Sequence record: NC_048173.1
Strand: one strand, 5' to 3'
DNA length: 64,000 bases
This document shows, piece after piece, positions 1-8,956 of this stretch. The notes below the pieces were generated by a model. It did no database searches, was not told where the DNA came from, and saw nothing but the letters and a program-made list of their open reading frames with translations. The position numbers and the translations under genes were made by a program. Positions within the stretch are counted from its first letter, which is position 1, and each line of letters begins with the position of its first letter.

Positions 1-2
1 GT

Positions 3-761
3 ACCAAAGCAGCAGTAGAGAATTTCAAAGTGTTGGAAGGGCGTTTAGAATCAGCAATGCGTCTGTATTCAAACAACCTTGCGGTCAAAGAAGTCGAGAA
101 CTTCCGTGACATGCGCTGGGACCAGTATTCCGTTGCCCGTGAACGCTACCGTTTAATGCAACAGGAGCTGGACAAACTCGCGGAACTTGAGAAAGAGCTG
201 GAGCGGTTATTAAAGCACCAACACACTGCCAAGTTAATGGTCACCAGTTTCTCTCCGGAGAAAGGGGTATTGCGTCGTCACTTCTTTAACTCGATTGCGC
301 GCGTCACCGAGATGATGTCCAGTTACATTGAACACGTCTGGGCGTACCCAATGCAGGTGTTGCCGTGTGACATGTCAGAAGGGGATTTGGACTACCGTTT
401 CCCGTATCGCCTGAAAGACAACCCAGAGCCAGTGTTCGATATCTGCAAAGGGTCGGCGGCGCAGCGGGATATCTTTGACCTGACCTTCCGTTTAACAGCG
501 TACCGTTGTTTGGGTCTGAAGCAGTATCCGTTACTGTTAGACGAACCGGGTGCCACCTTCGATGAGGCACACCGTAACGAACTGGTTGACTTCTTGAAGA
601 TGCTGTTAAACTCCGATGAGTTCTCACAAATCATCGTGATTTCTCACAACTCGGAAGTTCACTCGAAACTCGTAGGTGCAGATTACTGCGTACTGGAATC
701 GGAAGGGATTACCCCTCCACCGGTTTATAATCAGAACGTGAAAATAACTTATACCGATTAA
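3..761 (+). CDS. sbcC: SbcC/Rad50-like ABC ATPase, C-terminal part (truncated by window start)
   Basis: Frame is open from the window edge. A coiled coil is followed by a degenerate signature (KGSAAQ), Walker B LLLDEP, D-loop ATFD and H-switch IVISH. Confidence 0.85.
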   Translation, partial: TKAAVENFKVLEGRLESAMRLYSNNLAVKEVENFRDMRWDQYSVARERYRLMQQELDKLAELEKELERLLKHQHTAKLMVTSFSPEKGVLRRHFFNSIARVTEMMSSYIEHVWAYPMQVLPCDMSEGDLDYRFPYRLKDNPEPVFDICKGSAAQRDIFDLTFRLTAYRCLGLKQYPLLLDEPGATFDEAHRNELVDFLKMLLNSDEFSQIIVISHNSEVHSKLVGADYCVLESEGITPPPVYNQNVKITYTD

Positions 762-770
762 GGAGCTATC

Positions 771-1109
771 ATGGGTGGGGCCGTTGTCATCGTAACAACG
801 GCTGCTGCTAACGCGGCAGCCAGTGCATCCATTGCAGCCAGTAATGCAGCCAATGCTGCTAACAACTTCAGCTACTCCGGTGCCGATGGGGACGTCGGGC
901 TGGAAATGGTGTTTGTCATTTTGTTTATGCTGGTTCTCATTGGTGGCGGTGTGCGTGTTACTGACTCAAAATGGGAACGTGACTGGGCGCGGGGGCATGA
1001 CCATGCAAAGTACGTGCACTTTCACAATCAGATGATTTTACGGGGCGTGTGCTTAGCCATTGCGTTGGGCATCATTGCTATTCTTGGCATTTTAACGGCG
1101 ACACTATAA
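771..1109 (+). CDS. Small membrane protein with Ala/Asn low-complexity N-terminus
   Basis: AAGGAG RBS; two hydrophobic helices (MVFVILFMLVLIGGG, GVCLAIALGIIAILGILTATL). Confidence 0.7.
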   Translation: MGGAVVIVTTAAANAAASASIAASNAANAANNFSYSGADGDVGLEMVFVILFMLVLIGGGVRVTDSKWERDWARGHDHAKYVHFHNQMILRGVCLAIALGIIAILGILTATL

Positions 1110-1192
1110 TGAACATCATGACTCTGGTAGGGCGTGTGATTAAGGCAATTATCCGTTCCATGTTCACACGGAAGAAAGAGCAACAAGAAAAA

Positions 1193-1219
1193 TAATTTCA
1201 GATATATATCATCTTCATG
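1193..1219 (+). promoter_or_regulatory. phiKZ-type early promoter motif
   Basis: TAATTTCAGATATATATCATCTTCATG matches a motif recurring at about 9 intergenic sites in the window. Confidence 0.65.
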
Positions 1220-1244
1220 CTAATCAATCCATTTGGAGTTAATC

Positions 1245-1985
1245 ATGTATCATTTTTTAAGACAGCTTGGAGATGAGCGTTCGCAGACAACCCGCGACAG
1301 TTGGCTGGACGAGTTTGATAAGTTCTACTTCCCCGTGCGGGAAAGAGGGGTAACCATCCAACGGACGTTTCGTACTTGGAACGGTATAGTCCCTCCGAAC
1401 ATCATGTGGCGTCTACGCGCTTTTGATGCGTTAGAAAAGTGGTGGGTTGACTCCGGCTATGCTGATTGTCCTGTAGCAACATATACCCCAACGTGGGACG
1501 AGCATGTCTATCGGCAGGCGTATGAAGAGATGCAGTTCCATGCGCCGTTTGATACGGTGGCGTTCTTAGCTGCCATCGACGCCAAGACTGGGCGTGACCT
1601 GTTGATATTTAAAAGCATCGTTCTGCCTGAGTGGACACTCTCACCGTCGTACAATTACGTTGATGAACCGTCCAAGCTTTATCGCGTGATGCGCGACATC
1701 TGGTACGGTCCTCGCGCACCGAACGTTCGTTTGGAATTCAGTGACTGTGCCATTCAATACGCGTGGCACCAGAACCACTATTTCCTGTACCAGCCTGAAC
1801 CGGAGCTGTGGATGTGGATAGCCCATCATGCTAAACCGTCCTACGCTAAAGGCCGTTTGTATGCACTCAACGTCAAAAACGATCTGAGTGTATTAGAGGA
1901 GCGCTACTTGCATTCTCTGGTGAATATACAAGTCACTAAACCAAACGGGAAGAAGGAATTATGGAAGGCTGGAAAGCAGAGCTAA
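1245..1985 (+). CDS. Hypothetical early protein (Trp/Tyr-rich)
   Basis: GGAG RBS at 1235, ATG 1245; long ORF downstream of the early promoter. Confidence 0.8.
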   Translation: MYHFLRQLGDERSQTTRDSWLDEFDKFYFPVRERGVTIQRTFRTWNGIVPPNIMWRLRAFDALEKWWVDSGYADCPVATYTPTWDEHVYRQAYEEMQFHAPFDTVAFLAAIDAKTGRDLLIFKSIVLPEWTLSPSYNYVDEPSKLYRVMRDIWYGPRAPNVRLEFSDCAIQYAWHQNHYFLYQPEPELWMWIAHHAKPSYAKGRLYALNVKNDLSVLEERYLHSLVNIQVTKPNGKKELWKAGKQS

Positions 1986-2069
1986 TTGGCAGCGGGATAT
2001 TTTTAGCTACATCGTTTTTATTTCTCTACATTATTCATCGTCGGGACAGGAAGTCCAGAAGGAGTTCGA

Positions 2070-2216
2070 ATGAAAAATCCTAAAATTATTTTTGGCGTCG
2101 TCATGCTGGGTCTGTTCCTCATGAAGCAGTGGTGGTTGTTCCTGCCGATGTTCGGTTTCTCACTGGGTTATTTAATGCGTGGGGAAATCGACCGGCAGGC
2201 GAGCAAGAAGTCGTGA
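2070..2216 (+). CDS. 48-aa membrane peptide (not in ORF track)
   Basis: AAGGAG RBS; MKNPKIIFGVVMLGLFLMKQWWLFLPMFGFSLGYLMRGEIDRQASKKS. Confidence 0.7.
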   Translation: MKNPKIIFGVVMLGLFLMKQWWLFLPMFGFSLGYLMRGEIDRQASKKS

Positions 2217-2360
2217 ACCCGTTCTTTAAGCCGGTGGAGAATCCGGCTTTACTTCTTGTAGCACATATCGTGCGTAAGACGACGTCGCAAAACTAAAGCG
2301 ATGCGTAAAAAGTAATAATCCAAAAGACATATCTATCAAACATACCGTGGAGCATTCAAA

Positions 2361-3281
2361 ATGAACGAACAAAAGAAAGTAACTTTACCAGGCAGCATCT
2401 CTAACATCCCAACCACTAACTACGGCCGTGCTTACTCTATCGTGAGTACGTGGGCAGGCCATTACACCGCTGACGAGATGAAGCGTATGCTTATTGGTCG
2501 TGGCATTGACATTCGTGATATTGACGTTGAAGCCATGCATCGCATCTGCCGTGAGGGTCTGGCGGAGCTGACCACGTCTGCTGGAAGCGTCGAAATTACC
2601 TACGAGGATGGCACGAAGGAAAGCCGTTCTGCATCTGCTTCAATGATGCAACCAAAAACTCCGGAAGAGCAGGAGAATGCGTGGATTGAACGCAAGCGCG
2701 GTTTGATTGTCGCCGCATTAGCTCGCCATCAGGGTAACACTGAGAAACTTGTCAGCATTGATAAGTTAACGCAACGTCTGTTTAGCAAAGACCGTACGGC
2801 TTCTCAGCGCATGATGGACATGCAAGAGCTTGCAGATTTGCTGGGCATTAATACTCTCAACGAAGACCCGGCTTGGGACATGTTTAAAACCCAAGCGCTG
2901 GAGTCCGTTCCGGGCATGCATCGTCATATCCCTAACCGCCTTACGGGTGAAACCGAACTAGCACGTTTCTGTGATTACGAGAGAGGACGCTTGCCTCAAT
3001 TCTCACTGGATAATGTTAAACTTGCCGACCTTGGCGTAGGTAAGTTGTTGGATGCTGATAGCCTGATGGCACCTCGCCCGATGAGTATTCATGCGAGCAT
3101 TGCGGAAATGGGTAGCATTTTCCAGATGCCTAAACCGGCACCGGTGCGTCTCTCTCATCCGTACGACCATGTGTTCCGCACTTACAGCGATGATTACCTC
3201 CGGGAAAAAGCTATCAAACGTAAGGCGAAGCGTATTAAGAACCAGCGTCGTCGTCGCAACGCGAAAGCACGGAGAAAGTAA
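2361..3281 (+). CDS. Hypothetical protein with very basic C-terminal tail
   Basis: GGAG RBS; ends REKAIKRKAKRIKNQRRRRNAKARRK. Confidence 0.8.
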   Translation: MNEQKKVTLPGSISNIPTTNYGRAYSIVSTWAGHYTADEMKRMLIGRGIDIRDIDVEAMHRICREGLAELTTSAGSVEITYEDGTKESRSASASMMQPKTPEEQENAWIERKRGLIVAALARHQGNTEKLVSIDKLTQRLFSKDRTASQRMMDMQELADLLGINTLNEDPAWDMFKTQALESVPGMHRHIPNRLTGETELARFCDYERGRLPQFSLDNVKLADLGVGKLLDADSLMAPRPMSIHASIAEMGSIFQMPKPAPVRLSHPYDHVFRTYSDDYLREKAIKRKAKRIKNQRRRRNAKARRK

Positions 3282-3463
3282 TGGAAAAGGAATTTGTAAT
3301 GCAGCCGGTACCGTTTATCTTGCGTCCACCGGTCGAGCCTGAGCAAACGGTATTGCGCTATCGCACAAAGACGACCATCGCGGGTAAAGACTATTTGCTC
3401 TACACGCCGGGCCCACAAGACGACACTTCCGAACTGGTCGAGGTGAAATTAGATGAATGCTGA
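3281..3463 (+). CDS. Small hypothetical protein
   Basis: TAATG stop/start overlap with the upstream gene; GGAG RBS. Confidence 0.65.
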   Translation: MEKEFVMQPVPFILRPPVEPEQTVLRYRTKTTIAGKDYLLYTPGPQDDTSELVEVKLDEC

Positions 3464-3653
3464 TGATTTGATTTTGTTCCAGAAGTTTCTCGGGGTGCTC
3501 TCTATCGGTGTCGCTCTGATTGTTGTCGTACTGGCAATCAAAGTCGGGATTGATAAATACGTTGACCGCAATAACTATTTTGAAGAGGATGAGGAATCAA
3601 GTAATGACGATGACGTGGCACACGAAGCACGAACATTACCACACTCTAAATAA
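3453..3653 (+). CDS. Small single-TM protein with acidic tail
   Basis: TM segment FLGVLSIGVALIVVVLAI followed by EEDEESSNDDD; overlaps both neighbours. Confidence 0.65.
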   Translation: MNADDLILFQKFLGVLSIGVALIVVVLAIKVGIDKYVDRNNYFEEDEESSNDDDVAHEARTLPHSK

Positions 3654-3921
3654 CGAGATTGCGGAATGGGCGAAAGTGAACGTAGGGCCAAACTGGGATT
3701 TGGAAACCACCTATACGTTCATCTGGTTTGATGGGGAAGAGCGTCTGTTCCGTGAAGATGTTCGTGAGAAAGTGATGTCGAAGATGGAAGGGCATCCGCC
3801 TATTCCAGAGAACCATCGCCGTCTTTACAACCTCTATCAAAACTACAATCACAATCCGGTGAAGACGTACTTCACGTATATCGACGTACCGGCTGAAGAC
3901 TGTTACGAGAAAGAGCGGTAA
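3604..3921 (+). CDS. Hypothetical protein
   Basis: GAGGA RBS before ATG 3604; continues the operon. Confidence 0.6.
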   Translation: MTMTWHTKHEHYHTLNNEIAEWAKVNVGPNWDLETTYTFIWFDGEERLFREDVREKVMSKMEGHPPIPENHRRLYNLYQNYNHNPVKTYFTYIDVPAEDCYEKER

Positions 3922-3923
3922 TC

Positions 3924-4421
3924 ATGCTATCATTAAAGTTTCTTCGCGAGTCGACTATCGACGGGGATTTGTTCAACGCACCGGAGACGTATAAAGTCGT
4001 TACGGTGAATCAAGTCGGGGCTATGGGTCGGGGCATAGCACTCTCTTGCAAAGAACGTTATCCCAATGTCTATCGGGAGTACCGTAAGGCATGTCGTGAG
4101 AAACTTTATTTCCCCGACGATGTCATGGTGTTCGAAGAGGAGAAGATTATTCTCCTCGCCACTAAAGACGACTGGAAAGCCCCATCCACGGTTGAAATTA
4201 TTACACGTGGGTTATATGGTTTGAGTCGTCAACTCCCGAACCTTAAAGCCTCCATTGCCATTCCGCCGTTAGGAATGGTTAATGGTTGGCTGAAGAAATC
4301 CCAGCGTGCTGAGATTTTTTCTTTGGTCGTTGAACTTTTCCACAAACAAGACTGCAACGTGAGAGTGTACCTCCCGGACGTTTTGTATGAGGAGGTACGT
4401 GAGTTGTACCATTCCAAATAG
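3924..4421 (+). CDS. Macrodomain protein (DarG/Poa1p-like ADP-ribosylhydrolase family)
   Basis: Motifs VTVNQVGAMGRGIA..K.RYP, LATKDDWK and IAIPPLG..NG.L. Confidence 0.85.
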   Translation: MLSLKFLRESTIDGDLFNAPETYKVVTVNQVGAMGRGIALSCKERYPNVYREYRKACREKLYFPDDVMVFEEEKIILLATKDDWKAPSTVEIITRGLYGLSRQLPNLKASIAIPPLGMVNGWLKKSQRAEIFSLVVELFHKQDCNVRVYLPDVLYEEVRELYHSK

Positions 4422-4425
4422 GCAT

Positions 4426-4445
4426 GGATATATATTCTCATTGTG
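4426..4445 (+). promoter_or_regulatory. Early promoter motif variant
   Basis: GGATATATATTCTCATTGTG. Confidence 0.5.
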
Positions 4446-4573
4446 GCTAATAGATTAGTCCGAGAACATCACTTTATTAATTTCCGCAGGAGGCAGACTT
4501 AGGAACACCACGCCATTGGGGTAGTAGCTTTACTACAAACCAGCGTCTATCACTCTCACGAGGAACACGTTAA

Positions 4574-5431
4574 ATGAAACATTTATTTTTAGGCTTAGCA
4601 ATCCTGCTGACAAGCCTGCCCGCATTAGCATCAACATCCACGAGCGCTTCATGGGACCGCCATAAGCAGACGGTAGCCAAAGCAGCACACAAAGTTGGAG
4701 TATCACCCAAATTAGCCACCGCCATTGCCGGCCGTGAATCAGGCGGCAACGCCAAGGCAAGAAATCCACACTCCTCGGCCTCGGGCCTGATGGGAGTCAC
4801 GCGACCGACCGCTCGCACCATGCTGCGTAAATACGGTAAAGAGTTAGGACTCTCCCGTAACGCGGATATCATGAACCCAAAGGTCAACGCGCTGTTAGGG
4901 ACTGTCTATTTGAGAGAAGTCCGTCAGGAAATGAATCAACGCTTGGGTCGTCCAGCCCGGGACCACGAAGTGTATCTTGCATATCACTTTTCTCCCGCAA
5001 AAGCTGAACGCATTATTAAAGCGCGCCCTTCAAAACGCATGGTAGATATCTATCCCTCCGCAGCACGCGGTAACAAGGCATGGTATTACCACAAAGGCGG
5101 AAAGGCGAAGTCTGCCGCTGATGTAATTAGCATGGCACGAAACAAAGTCGGCAAAGAGTCGAAGTATGGTCACGAAGCTGTGTCAATAGCCGAGAATACA
5201 CAGAAGGCTAAAGCCGCTCCTACAACGTTAGCGAGTATGGCTACCACCACACCGGTCTGCATGGCAGACGTGGTATCTGAGTCGTCTCAGCCTCGTGAAC
5301 ACCCTTTATTGGTGAAAGGTACGTTAGGCACAAGCGTGATGTCACGCTGCCGTGACACCTCCACCTTGGACCCGGAGTTTGATACTGCGATGGTGCGGTA
5401 CTCCCTAAAAGAACAGTATTTGCGTTATTAA
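4574..5431 (+). CDS. Secreted lytic transglycosylase (SLT, phiKZ gp144/gp181-like catalytic domain)
   Basis: Signal peptide MKHLFLGLAILLTSLPALA; AIAGRESG catalytic Glu, SSASGLM, NALLGTVYL; aligns by eye with the SLT domain of the tape-measure protein in this window. Confidence 0.85.
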   Translation: MKHLFLGLAILLTSLPALASTSTSASWDRHKQTVAKAAHKVGVSPKLATAIAGRESGGNAKARNPHSSASGLMGVTRPTARTMLRKYGKELGLSRNADIMNPKVNALLGTVYLREVRQEMNQRLGRPARDHEVYLAYHFSPAKAERIIKARPSKRMVDIYPSAARGNKAWYYHKGGKAKSAADVISMARNKVGKESKYGHEAVSIAENTQKAKAAPTTLASMATTTPVCMADVVSESSQPREHPLLVKGTLGTSVMSRCRDTSTLDPEFDTAMVRYSLKEQYLRY

Positions 5432-5444
5432 TCAGGAGCAGACG

Positions 5445-5918
5445 GTGAAACAGAAACAGCCGGCTTATTATCGCCCTATTGCGGAGGCACTACGCCTTAC
5501 CGCGAATCAGGCAGTGAGTCAGACGTTGAAGAGTAACTTTGGCGTGAAGAGCACGTTTTATCGTGTGCATGATTGCCAGCATACGTTAGAGCATGCCTTA
5601 GAACGCCGTCATTTTGACTTTGACACAGCGTACGGATTGCTTTATCTGATGGGTTATCGCCCATCGTTATTAGAAACGGCTGACGGTCATGCGTTGTTGC
5701 TGCTCCCGTCTACGACCTATAACCGAACCATCACACTGGAAATTGCGACTCAGGAAGCGAAAGTGTATCTGGCCAGAACACTGAAGCTCTCTGATGAAAC
5801 GCTTTCTATTAAGAAGCAGTTGGCAGCTTTCGGCGACGGCCGTCAGATTCTGCGCGATACTTCACTTCCACGTGAGAAGTTCTTACTTGAGTACAAACGT
5901 TATGAAGACGCTGCTTGA
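5445..5918 (+). CDS. Hypothetical protein
   Basis: AGGAG RBS before GTG start. Confidence 0.75.
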   Translation: MKQKQPAYYRPIAEALRLTANQAVSQTLKSNFGVKSTFYRVHDCQHTLEHALERRHFDFDTAYGLLYLMGYRPSLLETADGHALLLLPSTTYNRTITLEIATQEAKVYLARTLKLSDETLSIKKQLAAFGDGRQILRDTSLPREKFLLEYKRYEDAA

Positions 5919-6411
5919 CCTGACCCGCTTTTACAACCAGCCAGACAGCAAGGAAGTGTTAGCGCTGACTATGCCGGTATTGGTCGAGGCGTGTCGTCTT
6001 GACGTCTCTGTGGAAACTGCACTCATCTCCTCAACCGCCATTACGGACTACGATGTCGAAGCGTATCTAAATTCGCAACATATCGTCGTACCGTATAACA
6101 TGCATGTGGTGATTGCGCCGGAACATCGGATGGTGTATCAAACGGCCACACCGGTTCCGTTGTTTGGGGATGCCTTATCCTACGACCTGACAGCAGCAAC
6201 CTTTTTCAAAACCGGCGTTGGTATGTCCTATCGCAAGTGGGCTCTTGCGGTGTGGGAAGACAACGCGGATGCGATTACGGTGCTCGCAGTCATGGACGAA
6301 GAACGGCTGGACCCTGAGGTGATTACTGTTACCAATGTTGAAGGGCGGACGAACGCGTGCATCTTTACGCCAGAGATGTGTTACGTGCGAATCGACCCAA
6401 GCAAACAATAA
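5902..6411 (+). CDS. Hypothetical protein
   Basis: Probable start ATG 5902 (MKTLLDLT) overlapping the previous gene; followed by a terminator. Confidence 0.7.
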   Translation: MKTLLDLTRFYNQPDSKEVLALTMPVLVEACRLDVSVETALISSTAITDYDVEAYLNSQHIVVPYNMHVVIAPEHRMVYQTATPVPLFGDALSYDLTAATFFKTGVGMSYRKWALAVWEDNADAITVLAVMDEERLDPEVITVTNVEGRTNACIFTPEMCYVRIDPSKQ

Positions 6412-6458
6412 AAAGGCACCCTACCCCCGTCGGGGGTAGGTCCTTAGTTTATTTTTTT
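6410..6458. terminator. Bidirectional intrinsic terminator
   Basis: CCTACCCCC/GGGGGTAGG stem flanked by A- and T-tracts between convergent genes. Confidence 0.8.
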
Positions 6459-7068
6459 AGCCCTTACTTGCCGCAATTTTCATCAGCTCATCATTGAGCT
6501 TTTGCAAGTCGTCAGCACGCTTTTGTAAAGTCGCCACTTGTTCCTCCAGTGGCACCGCGTCACGAATGTTCTGTTTACGCTTACTTTCCATTTCCACGTG
6601 CTGGGCGTTGTCGACCTGACCTTCGTAGCGCATTGTGGAGATATACGGCGTAGGGATAATACCCAACTTACCCTGCAGGTAGTTTGTGAAGTCCCCAGTG
6701 AAGGCTTGCACATCTACATAGTCAGGCAGAAGGGCTAAGTCCACCACCAACACATTCCGGTTGTACTTTAACCCGGTTAACCCCGGGTAGGAAGACAGGT
6801 ACGTGTTCGGCACATAACGCACTTCACCGTCGTTTGCCTTGAACACCAGAATCGATGCACTCGCCGCCGCATCAGCCTTATAATCGGCCTGAGTGATGTT
6901 ATGAGGCGCATAGTACGTGTCGTATACCGGCTTATTGTTGCGTTCTAACTCCGGGAAGGTACGAATCGCGTCTAAGCGATAGATAACCCCTTGCGGTAAT
7001 TCAAACGGCGAGAGACAGATAAATGTCCCTTCGCAGTTGATGGGGGGCGTTAGTGGTTTACGCGCCAT
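6457..7068 (-). CDS. Putative virion structural protein
   Basis: AGGAG RBS; coupled to the upstream minus-strand gene; resembles a conserved phiKZ-like structural pair by recollection and position. Confidence 0.6.
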   Translation of the reverse strand: MARKPLTPPINCEGTFICLSPFELPQGVIYRLDAIRTFPELERNNKPVYDTYYAPHNITQADYKADAAASASILVFKANDGEVRYVPNTYLSSYPGLTGLKYNRNVLVVDLALLPDYVDVQAFTGDFTNYLQGKLGIIPTPYISTMRYEGQVDNAQHVEMESKRKQNIRDAVPLEEQVATLQKRADDLQKLNDELMKIAASKG

Positions 7069-7077
7069 TTATTCTCC

Positions 7078-8415
7078 TTAGACGACTTCAGGCCAGACCG
7101 AAGTGCGACTGAGCACACGGTATTCCACGTTCTCATGTTCGAAGACGTAGAAGGCCAGCTCTTTGTTGTTTTCATCAACAACCTTCACCACATCGGTGGT
7201 GCCGGCATACGGATGGTACTCTTCAGCTGCAATCAAAGCCTGAATGTACAGACGAATCCACTCGGTGGTGGGTTTCGATACGCGTGAGATTTCACTGGAC
7301 GACGTAGAAATTAATGCGTAGTCCTTGATGGTCTCATGCAGTGTCTTTTTATTGTCTGCGTTTTCAGGTCCGCTGATGCACACTGCACTCAGTGATTTGT
7401 ACTGGGCAGGGACGAGACAAACATCGGTGGTTGGGAGTTTGTGCGGATTATCTTCATCGATAGCCGCCGTAGACCATTCACCAAACGCGTCAATCGACTT
7501 CAGGATGAAATCGTATGGCAACATCGGGGAGTACAGTGAAGCGACATCTTCCATGTTTGGAATGCCGCGAATCTTCCACCCCGGAATAAAGGTAAAGCGT
7601 GTGGTCGAGAACAAATCTGGGAAGACTTTTGCCCAGTCCTTTCGGCTATACCCCGACTGCGACAGAACCGCATCTTGATACGCTTCTTTGACGTAGGTCG
7701 GATTGCGACCCTGTGGGCCGTAAATGATACAGGTAAAGACAATATTCGGGATAGTGGATTCACTGTCCTCACGGTCATGCCAGGTGTAGTAGTTTGTCTG
7801 GATGGCCGTATAGGGGAACTTGTTTGCCATCTCGTTCACTTTATCGTGATGGTCAGGCAACGTCCACCCTGCTAATGCTTTTTCGACCACTGTCTTAACT
7901 GACTGGAAAGTGTCGATAGGATTCAACATCAAAATGACTTCGATGTCATAGCCACGGTAATCCTTGGCAAAATCTGCATCGGAGAACCAGAGACGGATTT
8001 CGTTCTCTTCCTGCCCTTCGAGCGTGTAGGCAATCCAACGTGGGAACCAGTTCCCCTTGCCTTCCACCATCGCGCCGGTAGAAACCTTAGAAATTTTGGA
8101 TGAAAACTGTCCGACCAGCAGACGTTGGAACTCGACCTCGTCGTTTTTCAACACGCCGTTAATCGCTTGTGAGTAGATCCACTGCGTAACTGTTAAAACG
8201 TTATCGGAGAACGACGACGGAACAGTAATGGCTACCTTATCTCGTTTCGAGGTGAAGGCAACCAGTTCCACCTGGGCGTTTGCTTTACTAAACCATTGTT
8301 TATCTTTAGCAAAGCTGGTAGCATACTCTGAGAGCTCCCCTACAGGAGCTGTAACACCGCCGGGTGTATTGTCTTTCAGCGGGCCAATATTGATGAACCC
8401 TTGTAAATCGTACAT
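7078..8415 (-). CDS. Putative virion structural protein (phiKZ-like conserved)
   Basis: 445-aa ORF with GGAG RBS; N-terminus MYDLQGFINI..L.DNTPG..APVGELS is typical of a conserved jumbo-phage virion protein (recollection). Confidence 0.65.
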   Translation of the reverse strand: MYDLQGFINIGPLKDNTPGGVTAPVGELSEYATSFAKDKQWFSKANAQVELVAFTSKRDKVAITVPSSFSDNVLTVTQWIYSQAINGVLKNDEVEFQRLLVGQFSSKISKVSTGAMVEGKGNWFPRWIAYTLEGQEENEIRLWFSDADFAKDYRGYDIEVILMLNPIDTFQSVKTVVEKALAGWTLPDHHDKVNEMANKFPYTAIQTNYYTWHDREDSESTIPNIVFTCIIYGPQGRNPTYVKEAYQDAVLSQSGYSRKDWAKVFPDLFSTTRFTFIPGWKIRGIPNMEDVASLYSPMLPYDFILKSIDAFGEWSTAAIDEDNPHKLPTTDVCLVPAQYKSLSAVCISGPENADNKKTLHETIKDYALISTSSSEISRVSKPTTEWIRLYIQALIAAEEYHPYAGTTDVVKVVDENNKELAFYVFEHENVEYRVLSRTSVWPEVV

Positions 8416-8435
8416 ATAACTACTCCGAGGTAAAT

Positions 8436-8948
8436 ATGGTAGCGGGTATAATTAAGCTCCTACCACTATTGACGTTTCTGCTGGAAGTATTCAAAACTGA
8501 CGACGGGAAATTCACCGCGAAAGCTAAGGCGTTTTGTCTCGCCATGTTCGCAGTATTCAGTTTCGCTGCTTACGTTTCGTACGCATACGTTCAGCAGTTT
8601 CACGCTTTAGTGGAACTGAAAGCTCATCAGCAGTACCTGATAAAGTCCGAAGGTGAGGCAGTCGGTCGTGCTCTACGTTTAGAGAACAGGATAACCGAGT
8701 TGGAAAACAAACTCGATATCTGCCGCTCCCGGCCGCCATATGAAGGTGCGTCATTAAAGCAGCCACCTCCAAAAGCAGCAGACATTGTCCCTATCCCAGT
8801 CGTAACAAAACCCGCCCCGATTCCCAAACGTCCCATTCCTTTCACTCCCGATGCTATCACTCACGTGACAGCTATCCCTCCTCGTGAGGATAAAGAGAAA
8901 GGAATTGCCGACCGCATGGATAAAATCACAAGGCACATTAATAATTAG
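8436..8948 (+). CDS. Membrane-anchored coiled-coil/Pro-rich protein, candidate inner-membrane spanin
   Basis: TM FCLAMFAVFSFAAYVSYAYV, coiled coil ending in Cys, Pro-rich tail; adjacent to a lipoprotein gene. Confidence 0.55.
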   Translation: MVAGIIKLLPLLTFLLEVFKTDDGKFTAKAKAFCLAMFAVFSFAAYVSYAYVQQFHALVELKAHQQYLIKSEGEAVGRALRLENRITELENKLDICRSRPPYEGASLKQPPPKAADIVPIPVVTKPAPIPKRPIPFTPDAITHVTAIPPREDKEKGIADRMDKITRHINN

Positions 8949-8956
8949 AGGTTTGT

